The notes beneath the pieces are model-generated. The model made no database searches and was not told the origin of the DNA. It was given only the letters and a program-made list of their open reading frames with translations. Made by a program: the position numbers and the translations under genes. DNA of 63,416 nt, counting the filler, from Reticulomyxa filosa (Eukaryota; Protista; Foraminifera), in assembly GCA_000512085.1 (NCBI GenBank). It is 18 parts of 18 records of this genome, joined end to end, with 100 filler letters (N's around TTAATTAATTAA, not from the genome) between each part and the next. Parts side by side here need not be neighbours in the genome. Positions count along the whole stretch, not along the records: positions 21,995 to 33,006 come from ASPP01014371.1; positions 33,107 to 38,240 come from ASPP01028321.1; positions 38,341 to 39,414 come from ASPP01043583.1; positions 39,515 to 47,664 come from ASPP01007370.1; 14 more parts are not named here. One strand, 5' to 3'. Shown in pieces: positions 26,381 to 40,048 of the stretch. How positions within the stretch are numbered: position 1 is the stretch's first letter; each line of letters begins with the position of its first letter.

Positions 26381-28163
26381 ATGTTTGGATTTGGCTCGAA
26401 TAACAAAAGGTGTGTGAAAAAGGGACAAACAAGGTGGGAAAAAGGTTTACGGGCTGTATGTGTGCCGTGAAAAGTACCCGACAACGTCAGATCAAAAGCT
26501 TAGAACAAATTCCCAATATTCGATGTATTGAATCTCAAAAAGAATACCGTGTTACAGTGAATACTCGTCTTGGCGACCGTACCCTTCACATGTTAAAAAA
26601 AAAGAATATGTCTAATTGAAATAAAATGAACCTTTTTTAAAAAAAAGAACTATTTAAACCCCCTTTGTTTTTTTTTTAAGTTATTAATCATCCCCCTTTT
26701 TTTTTGTGTCCTAAATCAAAGAAAAGTGTGATCTTAAAAACAAATAGATCATTACCGGAAAACTTTCCGATAACACCCCCACGATTGCGAATAGATTCAA
26801 ATTTGCAGCACAGCTTTGCAGATGAGAGTGGCAATATCTACAATATGAATGAGCTGAGGTATTGGTCACAAACCTCGGATGTCAGCCGCTTGGTGAACTC
26901 CATTGTCAACAATTTTCAAAGCAATCCCCCCGTTGTCAAAGCTGTCTATTCAAGTTCCTATGGGATGCCAAATACTATGGTTTAACTTTGATTTTTTTTT
27001 TTAAATATTCATTTGATTGAATTTTTTTTTTATTTTTTAAAAATTATTTTTAAAAAAAAAAAAATTCAAAGGGACCAGTTATATCACCGTCCCCGTCTCT
27101 TTATGGTGTGAACAATCAAATGCAAGGAGGGGTAAATAACCCACTGGAAAAAAAAGACTCAGTGTCGTCTCAATATAGTCGTCCAAGTTTTCATCAACAA
27201 GAACAAACTTTCGATTTGGATTCCATCACCATCAGTCCTCCAAAAGATATTTGGGAACTCGCTTCCGTTAAAAAACTTACGTATGCGCCTTTTCAATAAC
27301 CTCTGTTCTTCCAGTCGTGCTAACCACTCGATATTATATATGTTTATTCTAGTGTTGTTGAGAGTGCTAAGTGTTTGCATGGTGATGGATGGGGGGGGAA
27401 TTCAATAATGAAGGGAGACAGACATGAAAAGATTACTCTCGGATGAAGATGCTATGCGCACTTTCGCAATCGAAACAGCTTCTGGCATTCGAGATATGAA
27501 AAACTCGTCACGTGATGCACTTGTCTCTACTGCCAGTTTCGTTTAGCCTACTACTTATTGTCTTTTTTTGTGTGTTCCCAACATGTCAGACGTTTGGAGA
27601 AAGAGGGGGGAGGGGAAAAATAAACTTTTGAGTGTACGTATTGTTATGATACTCGTACTCCCGTAATGTTTGAACACTGACAGCATTGTGATAAACAAAA
27701 ACATTAAATATAATAAAAGAAAGCAATTTGAAAAAAAAAGAAGAAATAACAACAATGGACAGTGATATCCAAAAATTAAGAAGCGAGGTGGGTCAACTAA
27801 CTCAAAAATATTTGGGTTTGAAAGAAGCACAACAGAAACTACTCCAGGTGTGTATGTCTTATTAGATAATATAACCTTTTTTTTTCCTTACATGTTTTGA
27901 GAGGGGAGAGAAAAAAACATAATATTGGATGCACATGCAAACTCATTACTACAAATATCAAGGCCTACGCACCACCCCGCTTGATGCAAGAGTTTGAAAG
28001 TGCGTTGAGTAAAATGGACGATCAGTGTGATGTGTTGAAAAAAAAATTTCAAGACAAAGAACTCACTGAAGCACAGTTTGTCAAGGGTTACACGGAACTG
28101 AGAATTTTGTATCATTTGCTGGGGGCCAAAAAAGAAAAATTTGCTGCTCTCTACATCTCATAG
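26381..28163 (+). CDS. VPS37A: ESCRT-I subunit VPS37A-like (UEV + Mod(r) domain), multi-exon
   Basis: EYRVTV..LHISLPENFPITPPRL..H.FADESG..W..SDVSRLVNSIVNNFQSNPP (UEV). C-terminal DDQCDVLKKKFQDKELTEAQFVKGYTELRILYH..KKEK matches the Vps37 core. Confidence 0.85.
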
Positions 28164-28533
28164 CTTTCTAACCACGATTATGAAAAAAGCAAAGACATCA
28201 ATTACAAATAATTGTGAATGAATAACTGTGATGTTTGCTTTCAGTGGACATTTTTTTTGTTGTTACAAAAATTAAATAAAACTTGCGGTAGAACACAAAA
28301 CAAAATTTAAAAAGTGTTGCATCGAGCTAAACAAACGTCGTATGTTGTCTTCACATACCATAACTTTCCCCTTTTAAAGCTAATGACAAAAATCGCTCAT
28401 TTTACTCACTCTATTTTTTTACTCCAAAGATGATACCTTATTGCTTAAAGAATGTCAAAATTTAATTTTTCGAAGGTTAGATTATTATGAAAATAAGTTA
28501 AATGAAAAGTGATATAATCGAGAACAAAAATAA

Positions 28534-29358
28534 TCAAAAAAAAGATGTGTTCTTGGTTGTCCGGGGTTGTTTTAACTTGTCAAAGTTTTTTGTATATAAG
28601 TTGTAGAGTTGATAATAAAACTCTCTTAAATCACAGCAAATAGATCTTAATTCGACATATTGATCCAAATCAAAGGTTGTTAAAGCATTTCGAAAATTGG
28701 AGATTTGTGGATTCTTGTAAATATCTGTGATGCGTTTGCCTCGTTGAATGTAATAAGTAGATAATGAATCATTGTATTTCCTAACATTTTCTTCAAAATA
28801 CAACAATGTTTCCAAAACAGCTTGTTGTACATCCACACCAAAGTTATTGCCTTCTTGCATTTCTGGAACGCATAAAGAAATGCTCAGTTTGATATCACTT
28901 GTAATCAAAAGTGCATCATTCAGTTCATCACCCACTTTTTGTAGCATTTCGACTAATACAACGTTACATTTATTTTCACTTTGCATTCGTAATTTTTCTT
29001 CGTTTGTGTATTTGGAATGTTTATAGAAATTTGTCATTTCTTTTGTTGCTGAGTTTGTTCCCTCTTCCACATTTATTTTGTAAGGGTTTGACTGTTCCTT
29101 TTTAGAACGGTTATCCATTTCTAAAAGCAGTTTGTCCATCACTGCAATTTTTTGAGGAATAAGTGTCTGGACTATCGAATCTGCTTGTTTTTGTGAAAAA
29201 TTTTTCAACCCTTCTAGCGCCTTATTAATTTCTTTCATTTTCTGTCCTTGTTCGTTATTATGAAGTTTCTTGAAATCTGAAACTGAAATTACAGCAGATG
29301 TCACAAACATCTCATTTAGTAATGTGGTTCTTGTTTCTGTTTGTGGTGATGTGGCCAT
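28534..29358 (-). CDS. PSME3: Proteasome activator PA28 (11S/REG) family
   Basis: ISLCVPEMQEGNNFGVDVQQAVLE is the activation-loop motif (P.IEDGNNFGV.VQ). Also YY..RG and the C-terminal KNFDKLKQPR. Confidence 0.9.
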   Translation of the reverse strand: MATSPQTETRTTLLNEMFVTSAVISVSDFKKLHNNEQGQKMKEINKALEGLKNFSQKQADSIVQTLIPQKIAVMDKLLLEMDNRSKKEQSNPYKINVEEGTNSATKEMTNFYKHSKYTNEEKLRMQSENKCNVVLVEMLQKVGDELNDALLITSDIKLSISLCVPEMQEGNNFGVDVQQAVLETLLYFEENVRKYNDSLSTYYIQRGKRITDIYKNPQISNFRNALTTFDLDQYVELRSICCDLREFYYQLYNLYTKNFDKLKQPRTTKNTSFF

Positions 29359-29924
29359 TTTGTTTTGTTCCCTTTTTACTTTTCGATACGTTCAGGTTTT
29401 TCTTTTTAATGTGTGGAATGCTTTTCCAACAATCGCTTGAACCAGTAAATTATACTTTGAATCACTGTAAAAATTTTGCTTTTCGAAACTTGGAGTAACA
29501 AAAAAAATTAGATTTTTATGAATATATAAATAGTCCAAGTTAAGCGACTTTAATCAGATCATGAAGAAGAACAGTTTCGGCTATTGCAGTATCAACTAAT
29601 ATGAAAGGAAGATTTGATAAAATTAATAACAGAATCGCAAATTGACCAGTACTAACATACTTAGAAAAAGTATTTTGTTTAGTACTTTATTTTAATACTT
29701 TTGTTTGTGGCTTTTTGTCGGATTATGTTTTCTCACTGCTAACATATTGACAGCACCAAGATTTTCTACAACTCTTTCAAATTTTCAAATATTTATGTTT
29801 TAAAAAATAAATTACGTTCTCTGAAGATCGTATCACATTTTTTCTTTCCACTTGAGAACCGGTCTGAGTTCAGCATTTTTTCGAAATTAAAAAAGATTAG
29901 AAGTATTTGAAATCATTTTCTGTC

Positions 29925-31253
29925 ATGTATGTTCCAGATCTTGGAGATCAAGCTGTTTTTTCATATGATGCCGATGGATTTTCCTCATCGAGCCTTGACC
30001 GACAATTAGTACTTGTTTATTGTCCAATGAAGTAGAGGAAAACACAAAACTTTTTTTTTTGACTATAAAGCTCCTTCTTAAGTTCAAGGCATTACACCAG
30101 TATGCATCCGCGGCAGTAGACCTTATCGCAAGTAGAATAAGTGAAGGTAAGGGATGTGTTTTTCATAAAGCAGTTTTTAATCTGAGAGGTCCATCCAAAG
30201 AGGAAAAATGGATCTTTTTTGTTGAAGAAAAAAAGAAACGTTCCGGAACAAGGAACAAAAAAGTAAAAATCCTAAAAAAAAAAAAAGGAGAGGAAGAATC
30301 GGAGGAAAAAATCCGCAAAAAAGTGAGATCAAAGAGCAAGCGCAAATTGAAAGATTTGGCAAGCGAAGAGGATGTGGAATCTTTTGTGCAAGAGCCCGCT
30401 CGCAAAAAGAGAAGAAGGGAGAAAAAGAAGCATTCTGCGGATACTTCTGGTAGTAATCGCAAAAAAGAGGAGCGAATAGAAAAAGAAGTAGAGGAGGAAA
30501 TTGCCGAAACCAAAAACGGCAAAACAGTAAGAAAACATAAGAAAAAAGTGAGCAAGACGGAAGATGTTGAAAAATCCGGTGCCGACAGTGACGAAGAAAG
30601 CACCCCAAAAAAATCAAAAAAAAAAAGTTCAAAAAAATCCAAGAAAAAGACAAGTGAAAAGGGTGAAGGTAAATACTTCTTTAAAACATATTTAAAAAAA
30701 TGTAATTGTGTGTAAATATTTATTTTATTTTATTTATGTGACCTGATCTGTTGGGTGAAGTGTGTTTTTGATGTGTCAGCAAAGTACGCATACGCGTTTT
30801 CCAAAAAACATACATATAAAAAAGTGTAAAAATCTCAAACAGAAACAAAAAAACAAAACAAAACAACGAAGAAAGTACTACCGAACACGAACATGCCTCA
30901 AAGCCTAAAAAACAAATAATGACGGCTCGACGCTTTTTTATGTATGTTTGTTTTATGTTTGTGAGAACATTGAATTATACAAAATCAATGTAATGTAACA
31001 AAAAAAAAAAAAAGACAAGAGAACGGCGGAAATGAGAAAGAGTGTATAGTGTTATGGAGAAAAATGTCACAAAAAGAAAAAGATGAGTATAAGGCAAAAG
31101 CTATTGCATTGAGAAAGAAAAAACCTGCTCAAGGTATTTTCTATTTGCTTTGATGTTTTTTTTTTTGAATAGATAATGAGACTGACTTATATGTTTGTTG
31201 TGTTCTCGTGCACATGCGTCAGAGAAAGAAAAGTTAGGCCTGTGAACAACATA
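29925..31253 (+). CDS. Lys/Glu-rich protein with a C-terminal HMG-box-like domain, multi-exon
   Basis: Charged exon 30180-30668; then KPKKQIMTARRFFM|..LWRKMSQKEKDEYKAKA, an HMG-box pattern (PK....A..FF..W..MS..EK..Y). Confidence 0.6.
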
Positions 31254-31894
31254 ACGAACTTTTTATATGTTTTTTCATTTGAAAATTGATCAAATGCAAT
31301 GACTACTTATTTCTCCTTTCCCCTTTGCTGTTGTTTGATACTGAATTATTGAGAAAACTGATCAATGAAGAATCAGCAAAGAAAAAAAGCTCAATAAATG
31401 AAAAAGAAAAGAAAGAATCTGCGGAAATTGCTTCGTTGCCAAGCGCCACAAAATAAACAACGCTTTAAATTTCTTCGCTCATCACTTTTCAGAGTTGTGA
31501 AAGTAATTCTCTTCGATAATCATTTGCGAAGTTCTACAAAAGGCATTCTTTGGAATGTGGACGATACAATGATTCAAAAATTGTTGCATTATAATTGTCT
31601 CCACTTGTTTCATTTTGTTGTCGCAACTTGACTTTCTTTTAACAGTGTGACACGAAAAATGTCGTTCAATAACTTTTCCTATGCAACATTTGATAAGAAA
31701 GAAATTTTTATATTTTTTTCTTTGGAATTTTCTGACCACATTCTCAGAAAAAATTTTCTAAAAAAGAAAAGTTTGTATTTTGTTGACAAATAATGTGTTT
31801 TTTCATTCTCTATTTGATGCAAACCATTGAGCAAGTTGTCATTAAAAATTAATGGTTCAGAGGTACTAGCTTGTGACCCATTCCAAAAAGTTGA

Positions 31895-32880
31895 TTGAAT
31901 TGTATGAAACATTGTTTTTCTTTGCATGTGCGTGCATCTGCCAATGGTCTGTCATCCTTACGGCAATTAGCATGCAGGCCACTGGTATCATCAACAACAG
32001 CGCGGCCAGTAGCAAAACGGGTAGGAAGGGAAGGATCTTCATTACACGCATTGATAATCGGTGGAGGTCCGGCAGGCTTGTTCACGGCGCTGGCGCTTCG
32101 AGAGAAAGGCATATCGTCGACAATCTTGGAAAAAGAGAAGGAGATCCACACAACACAAAATGCAAGTAGCGAAGGGTCATTTGTGTTAAATGGAGCATTA
32201 TATTGTCTCGCTTATTTAAACGAAGGGAAATATTTGCAGCAATTTTTGGATTTGCATATAAGCAATCGCTACTCCAGCATCGAGTATAAAGACCATCGAA
32301 GTAAACCCGTTATCCATATGAACCCTTGCGACATCGCGCAGTCCTTATCCTTTCACCCACCAATGGACATTCGCGTAGTGAGAAGATCGGATCTGACCGA
32401 GTTTCTGAGCAATTTGTGTCGAAACGACCCGAAATTTCAGAAACTTTCCAAACGCAATACCAATCAAAATACAGCTAATAAGGCTTACATTGAGTTTCAA
32501 TGCAACAAAGAGTTTACACATTATGACACCCCACGGCAATCATCATCATCATCATCATCATCATCATTATCATTATCATCATCGACAAGACAAAACCAAA
32601 TATGTGCCTATTTTAAAGACGGCACGAAAATGATGGGTGATATTCTGATCGGCTGTGATGGAATTCATTCGAATGTCAGGAAATGCTTGCATGAAAACGA
32701 GTGGGTCGGTGCAATGCAGCAGGCAGCACTTGACAAAGAAAAAGCGGAGGAGTACTTTGGAAAGGTCCCCGCAAATGAACGCGCCGACACCACGTCCACT
32801 GCTGTTGACGAAGATCCTTTGCTCGTCCAATCGCAAGACACGTCCAAAATACAAAGTCCCTCTTTCATGTGGTACTTTAC
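31895..32880 (+). CDS. FAD-dependent monooxygenase (FAD_binding_3 family), 5' part
   Basis: ALIIGGGPAGLFTALALREKGI..ILEK (Rossmann fold), VVRRSDL and GDILIGCDGIHSNVRK (DG motif). The Arg/Ser-rich N-terminus may be a mitochondrial targeting peptide. Confidence 0.88.
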
Positions 32881-33106
32881 TGGTTATTATCTGTCTTTAT
32901 ATCAATAAATATAATATATGTATATCATACTTCCTCTTATATAAAACATTAAATAAATAAAAGTAAGTCCCTCTTTTTTTTTTTTTTTTAAAAAAAAAAA
33001 AAGGGANNNNNNNNNNNNNNNNNNNNNNNNNNNNNNNNNNNNNNNNNNNNTTAATTAATTAANNNNNNNNNNNNNNNNNNNNNNNNNNNNNNNNNNNNNN
33101 NNNNNN

Positions 33107-33225
33107 TATCATGTTCATTGGATAATACAATTCGAATATGGAATATTGAAACAGTAGAAGAATGGAAAATATTGAAAGGACATTCAAAATATGTGAACGA
33201 TGCAAAATATTTTCCATATTATGTG
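33107..33225 (+). pseudogene. WD40 gene fragment at contig start
   Basis: SCSLDNTIRIWNIETVEEWKILKGHSKYVNDAKYFP, then similarity is lost. Same family as the genes at 40049-42787. Confidence 0.65.
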
Positions 33226-35042
33226 CATAAGATCAGAGAAAAAAAAATTGCTAATAAAATGTAGAATATTCCTTCCTTTTAGATATTATGTAATTTTCAG
33301 CCACTTGTTTGAAATTACAACAAATCAAAAAAAAGATCCCCTTGGATTGTTTTTTGTGTGTGATTTTTGCCAATCAAATTCTGTTTTTTTTAACCTTAGA
33401 AAAACTCTTCAGCATACTGAAAGTGAGCTTCACTTGTTTTGATTTTGATTAAAGGAACAACTAGCAAGAGCACAAGAAAACAAAAAATAATGGTTTTAAA
33501 AACTACAGCAAAACTAAATTGAAATTTGCAGTACTTTTTGTAAGTGCAAACGTTTTGTGTGCTTTGTGATCACAAATTCTCTCATTTCACAGACTTTTGT
33601 TTCTGAAATTTTATTGTCTTTGCCATATTTTTCCACTGATAACAACAGTGTATTGCACTACAAGAGTTAAAGCACTAAAATCTTTGTTAAAAAACTAAAC
33701 GCAATATCCCTTTTAAAACTTTGACAAAATTTAAAAAAAAGATTAGAAATTTGACAGTGGAAAAAAGATTTTTTTTTTTAGAATAATTGAATATGAAGAA
33801 AGTATGCGATTTATTTTAAAAAAATATTTTCCAAAAATTAAAAAACTTATACATCATAATTTCGAAATATGTTGTTACATGTCTTAAATTTGAAAATTTT
33901 TTCTCAAATGTGGACACGCATGTGTATCATTCGGTGTTGATTTAATATAAATTTCTTTTTTTGTTTAAGAAAAAAACTTAACTTTATTACAATATTCACA
34001 CTTAAATGCATTATCGTTGTGGATCAATTACTTGTTTTGGCTTTGCCACTCGAACCAATCTCTTTCTTCATAATCTTCAAATACAATACTGACCAGACTC
34101 TTATTCATGTTGGACTGGATTGCGTATGTGTTTTTTTCTGTTTGCATTTTTAAAAAACAAAATATAATTTATCAATTTGAAGTTTTTTCTATTTGACGGA
34201 AGAAAAGAATTGCTTTTTTTAAAAAAACTGTTTCACTAACGGAAGTGCAAATCGATACGAATTGTATAAAACTACATGCAAATCTAAAATTATATATTTA
34301 CGAAATAAACAGAATTTGATATATTCAAATAAAATTTACTATCTACGATTCAAAAATAAGGCTAGTTTGGCTGAAATATTTTACATTGAAGTGGACTGGC
34401 TACTTTACTTCTTTCAAAGACAATGTGAGCAATAAAGTTTTTTGCAAACAAAAAACTTGACATGGCATTGTAAGATAAACACAAATGTTGTTTTTTGAGG
34501 AAAACTTATAACATATTTTTTTTATCCTTCAAAGCATCAATTATCATTTTCACTCAAAGTTATAAAACATCCGGTAAAAATGCCAATTCATTTTATCCAT
34601 TGGTATATTATTTGAATTATATATGCCTTCATTGATAGGATGTTTTTAATTGTTTTTTTAGTTTGTTTTATTATCTACTTTGCATTACATGCGTATTTTT
34701 CTTACAAATAAATGTGAATTGGTTGTATCTAAAGCGTTTCTGTGATAGGTTTATTATTACTGTTACTTTGGTTTTTTAGAAACACTTCAATGACATCAAT
34801 TCAGCAAATTATGTTCTTTTGAAACGTATGAAAATCGAGTAATGGACAAAATTTTCTGGAAAGTGAAAAGAATTTTTAAAAAACTAATGATCACAAGTAA
34901 ATCGTTACTTCACTTAAATGAACAAAAAAATATAAAATATAAATAAAATAAAGAGGCTAATGATATCGAGGATGCTGTGGGAAACTACAAAGTAGACTGT
35001 TTTTGTTTTCTTTTTTCAAAAAAACAGAAAACGGAAAAAGGA

Positions 35043-36419
35043 ATGGCTCAATCTGAATCAATACTCCCTACAGACTCAGGAAGCAAGAATCCGCTGCATG
35101 ATGCATCTCCAAAAGTTGATGGAAAGAATGAAGAAATTAAAGAGACAAAGGATTCATCTCCCTCTTCGCATTCAGAAGAAAAAAAAGGAGACGACAACAC
35201 CAACAAAAACAGCAAAGAAGAAGAGACAAAACGAGTCGAATATTCTCTACAAAATTGGCCACAGCAAAGAGGCTTTACAAGTAAAATGATAACCGAGTAT
35301 ACAAGTGGTGACTTTAAGAAGCTTTGGAAAGAGATTCCATTGATTTTGCCGCATGAGGCAGTGCGATTTTCTCACCAACTGATTCGAGTTTTGAGTGTTC
35401 ATGATCCGAATTTTTTTTGTTTTTTTCCCCCCTATTACCGAAGTATACGTCGGATTATCAAATTTTTAATTTCAAAAAAAAAGGATACAATATTAACCCC
35501 CCAATTTGAACCATATGACCGAAATGATCAATGGAAATATCAAGTGTGGATAAACTTTTGGCACAAATGGTATTGGCCTTTTTTACGTGATCACAACAAA
35601 AATGAACAAGACACTGTGATCCCATTTTTGCGTAGACAAATCTTTGATACGATTTATCACTTGGACAAAACAAAGACAGAAAGTCTGGGAAAAAATAATG
35701 AAAGTGTCCCCACGAATAATGAGCTAGAGCAGCTAAATAATCTGACTAAGGCTCATAAGGATATTGACGACTTAGGATTGGAAATTCATATGCTATGTCA
35801 TTGGGACGAACAAACCAAAATCACTTCCAAATTCATTCAATCGATGAAAGAAAAACTGACCATTTTCATGGAAATGGTCGAAGTACACATGCATGAAGAA
35901 GAAGTCATTTTCGCTAATGTTTTAGCAAAATGTCCTGATTTAACCGAAAAAGATTGGGTTTGTACTTTTCCAAAGTACATTTTTGTTTTTGTATACGTAA
36001 ACTCATTCAAAGGTGTAAGGAGGGCACTCAATGCGATAAACACTGTATACAATATATACCTAAAATTACTATAAAATGCACACAAACACACGTACATAAA
36101 GGATGCAATGTGGTCTCGCGTTCAGTATAGCTTAGGACTAGATGGCAATAGTATGATATCGCCGGTTATATTGTATTGCTTGCACAGTTGCATTGGCCAA
36201 ACTGACGCTGAAAAACTATTTCAAGAAAAGGTCAGTGGACCTTTTCGCTTACTACTTTTGCAGAAGTGGCTACCACAATGGAGGGTTGAAGTTCTTGCTA
36301 ATATGGTCGCTGTTATGCAAAATAAATCTGATCAATGCCAATTGAAAACTCTTTCTTACACCAATACAAACGGTAATTTTTGTAATGGTCAAATATCGTG
36401 CGACTGCACAATTTTGTAA
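35043..36419 (+). CDS. Hemerythrin/HHE-like domain protein with C-terminal CaaX; exons 35043-35957 and 36102-36419
   Basis: LPHEAVR..FLRDHNKNEQDTVIPFL..AHKDI..EVHMHEEEVIF fits H..HxxxE..H..HxxxE. A phase-0 intron joins the two ORFs. The protein ends CDCTIL*. Confidence 0.7.
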
Positions 36420-36813
36420 AGAGGATCTTTGTTTATTTATTTCCTTTTAGCGTAATAACTCTCCTCTTTGCTATCAATTACTGAAATTTTTGGAAAGTTA
36501 CCTCTCACTTGACGTCATTAAAAAAGATTGACAAACCCCCCACCAAACTCACTAACTTGCTCGGGAGTAATATCCAAGTATGAAGCTACACTTTTATAAA
36601 TTTTTTTATCAAAAAACTGTAAGTTATTTAAACTGTCCAAATGTTCAACGTATTCTCTGGTATTTTTCTCGTAAAAACTAAACCGTGCATCAAAATCGAA
36701 TAACAAGAACAAAAAAAAACCCTGGAAACGAAAGGACCTGTTTGTTAAGTCTTTGTTTCGATATTTTTGAAAATTTTTTTTGCTATGAGTCTAAAACAAA
36801 AAACAATATAGTG

Positions 36814-38173
36814 ATGACATACTCTCTGTTGCCGTTAGCATTGGAACTATCATTGATCGGTTCAAAGGATGGGTTAACTCGATACTTGGATTCAAAGGGA
36901 GAGGAATATGTAGTGATGCGAGCATTTGAGTATATCGCAGTCGAGGGTGAAAAAAGCAGGAGCCTCCATATCTTCCATGAAATGTCACAGTTAGTAAAAC
37001 CGTTGTCATTGAAGGGATTCGTAGTATATACGGCATGCTGCATTGGATTGGTGGTAATTGGGGGGATAACAAGCGGCCTAAACGTGAGTTTATTGGCCGT
37101 GGACCCGATAAAAATAAAGTTGATGAAAACCTCTAGAGTGGAATGGGATAAAAAAATAGTGAGTCGAATCGGCCCATTAGTGGAAAATCATCATTTATTG
37201 TTAGTGACGTTGTTAGTGGCCAATGCATTAGCAATGGAGGCACTGCCGATCTTTTTGAATCAAATGGTGGCTCCATGGCTGGCAGTGTTGATCAGTGTCA
37301 CCTTTGTGTTGATTTTTGGCGAAATTCTGCCACAAGCTGTGTTTAGCAGTGACCCTTTGAAACACGGGTATCGCTTTGCATGTTTGGTTCGCACGTTTCA
37401 AATAATTTTGTATCCGATTTGCATGCCCATCGCTTGGTTATTGGATCGCTTTCTCAAACATCCTGAAAAACGTCCCGTTTTATTTCGCCACGACGAATTA
37501 AAGCAAATGATCGCCTTTATACGATCGGACGACGATTTTAAAGAAACAAAAGACCAATTCACCGATTACGAATTAAATTACTTAGGTTTAATTCAAACAA
37601 ACAAAAAAATACAACATCTACCCCTCCATATTAAGCACACATATACGTATACACAAATACCACTATAAAAAGATGGAGTCCTAAAGCTCCGTAACACCAC
37701 AGTGAAAGATCAACGAACGAAATGGCAAGACGTGACAACATTACCTAGCAATTTTTTATTGGATGAAAATGGACTGAAAGAAATTGCGGAGACAGGATAC
37801 AGTCGCATACCCATTTACCGACATCGAGAAAACAACTTGATAGGCATCTGTTTGGTGAAAGACTTGGTTGCTGTAGACCCCTCTCAAAGACTAACGATTG
37901 ACAAATTTGTTCGCAAAAAAATTGCAGTTTTTTATCCCCACACGTCATGCATCGAAGCTTTGCGCGTTTTCGAGAGATACAAAGTGCACTTTGCAGTCAT
38001 TACCAGTTTGTTTTTTTTTTTTGTAATGTTAAAGAGAGAGAGAGAGAGATAGCTTTTTCTAAATTGTTTTTTTTAATTGGAAATAGAACAAGCCACTCTT
38101 ATATTGAACTGCATTCAGTCCGGACGGAATGTTCCGGAGTCAGTTCAATTCATTGGAGCGATCACTTTAGAGG
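36814..38173 (+). CDS. CNNM: CNNM/DUF21 + CBS-domain metal (Mg2+) transporter, 3' truncated
   Basis: GGITSGLNVSLLAVD, HHLLLVTLLVANALAMEALPIFL, FVLIFGEILPQA (DUF21); TGYSRIPIY..IGICLVKDL (CBS). Confidence 0.93.
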
Positions 38174-38959
38174 TATGCCTTGTGTCGAGTAGTGGTGCAT
38201 TGCACATGTATCTGCGTTATATACATATATGTGTGTGTGTNNNNNNNNNNNNNNNNNNNNNNNNNNNNNNNNNNNNNNNNNNNNTTAATTAATTAANNNN
38301 NNNNNNNNNNNNNNNNNNNNNNNNNNNNNNNNNNNNNNNNTCTCTATATAGTAGGAAAGATTAGTAACAAAATCTTCCAAAAGGGAAAAACCTTTTTCAA
38401 GTTTACAAAAGTTTTTGTAGTCGACAATTACAAATAACTAAAAAAATATACAATGTTTTTATCTATAATCATAATATTTGTTTTGTTTTTTTTAAAAAAA
38501 TGTTATTGTTTTTCGCTTAACAAAAAAAAAAAAGAAAAGTGTTAATGACTCCATTTAACATTAACACTTTGCTTGTTGTAATCAAACTTGAAGAGAGATT
38601 CCTCGCACAAAAAATATACAATCTCCGACAAGTGAGTGCATGATAACTAAAACTCCAGAAATTATTGATCAAAATAAATCAAAAATGTAAATTAAACAAA
38701 ACACAAGAGAAAATGGAGGGAATAAAAAAGAGTATAAAGCATTTTTTCATTACAATACTTGTATGCAAATGAATCTTACTCTACACAACCCACAAGAACA
38801 ACGAATGATAATATTGTTACCAACAATTCCGTTTGAAGTGGAAATGTTAAATGATATTATATTATCATTTACCAGGAACTTTCTGAGAACAAACAAATAA
38901 AAAAAAAAAATAAATGGTTAAAAAAATTAAATAACAATAATAATAATTAGAATTAACTT

Positions 38960-39350
38960 TACAAGGCAATTTTAATCTGAAAACAGCGCACAAAGAATTG
39001 AAATTGCGATTGATGCAGAAATATTCTCATATCTTAATGATACGTTTGACAGCTCGACCATAATCTTTCAAGTTCTTTTCTTGCAAGATATGAAAATTGA
39101 ATTTCTTTGGTATTTTCACGATCCAATAATCCTTCTCTTGAACACGAGGCTTGCTTCGTTTGCACGGTACCATCAAGCAATCCATTTTAAGAATATTGCT
39201 TCAAATCCATTTGCATTTACTTGAGTAACTTTTTTTCATCATTGGCAAAGTCTTCTTCCCAATACAACATCATCCCAAGTGAGCAAATTTTTCACTACAT
39301 TCAATTGGATTGGTTTCAGCATCTCTGATTTCATTAGGGGTCACTATGCA
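38960..39350 (-). pseudogene. Possible RasGEF (CDC25) domain remnant
   Basis: HILQEKNLKDYGRAVKRIIKI*EYFCINRNFNSLCAVF resembles the RasGEF R...I..FI.IA.....NFNSL.A motif. Contains a stop and frameshifts. Confidence 0.45.
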
Positions 39351-40048
39351 AAAAAAGCGTTTTAATTCTTTGATTCATTTTCTAAATTATTTCCTGTTTC
39401 AAAAAAAAAAAAAANNNNNNNNNNNNNNNNNNNNNNNNNNNNNNNNNNNNNNNNNNNNTTAATTAATTAANNNNNNNNNNNNNNNNNNNNNNNNNNNNNN
39501 NNNNNNNNNNNNNNTCAAAGCGAGCCTTCATGTCTCACCTCGATTCTTTGTATGGCTTGGAATTTGGGCTTTGAATTTTCCTTCGGGCACTTGATTCAAC
39601 TATACAAATGGAGGATGATAGTATTCCTATTTTTCTTTGGAGTTTTTTCTGGAGTATTTTTTTTGTTTGAAAGGGACGGAACAAAAAGTGCAGGGTCCAG
39701 CTAACTTTTTTTTTTAAAGTGTTAATTTTAAAATTTCGTGTTGATGTTTGAATGCTCCACTAGATTAAGACAGTACAGAATGTCACAAAATGAACGCAAA
39801 AAGCGGAGTCAAAAAATATTTATTCTATCCAACAACGCCAACTGTATACCCGTGACTATAACAATTCAAATGAAATTACTTTGCTGTGTCTTGGTAGATC
39901 GCTAATTGTAACAAATACACGCATTGATGATGAGAAAACTCTCAATTTGTATTGGTGAAAGAAGTGTACTGTTGAGTAGAGAAAGGATACTCAAAAAGTT
40001 CAAGCCGTTTTTAAATACTCTTGCAATTGATTACTTTGTGCTGAAACC

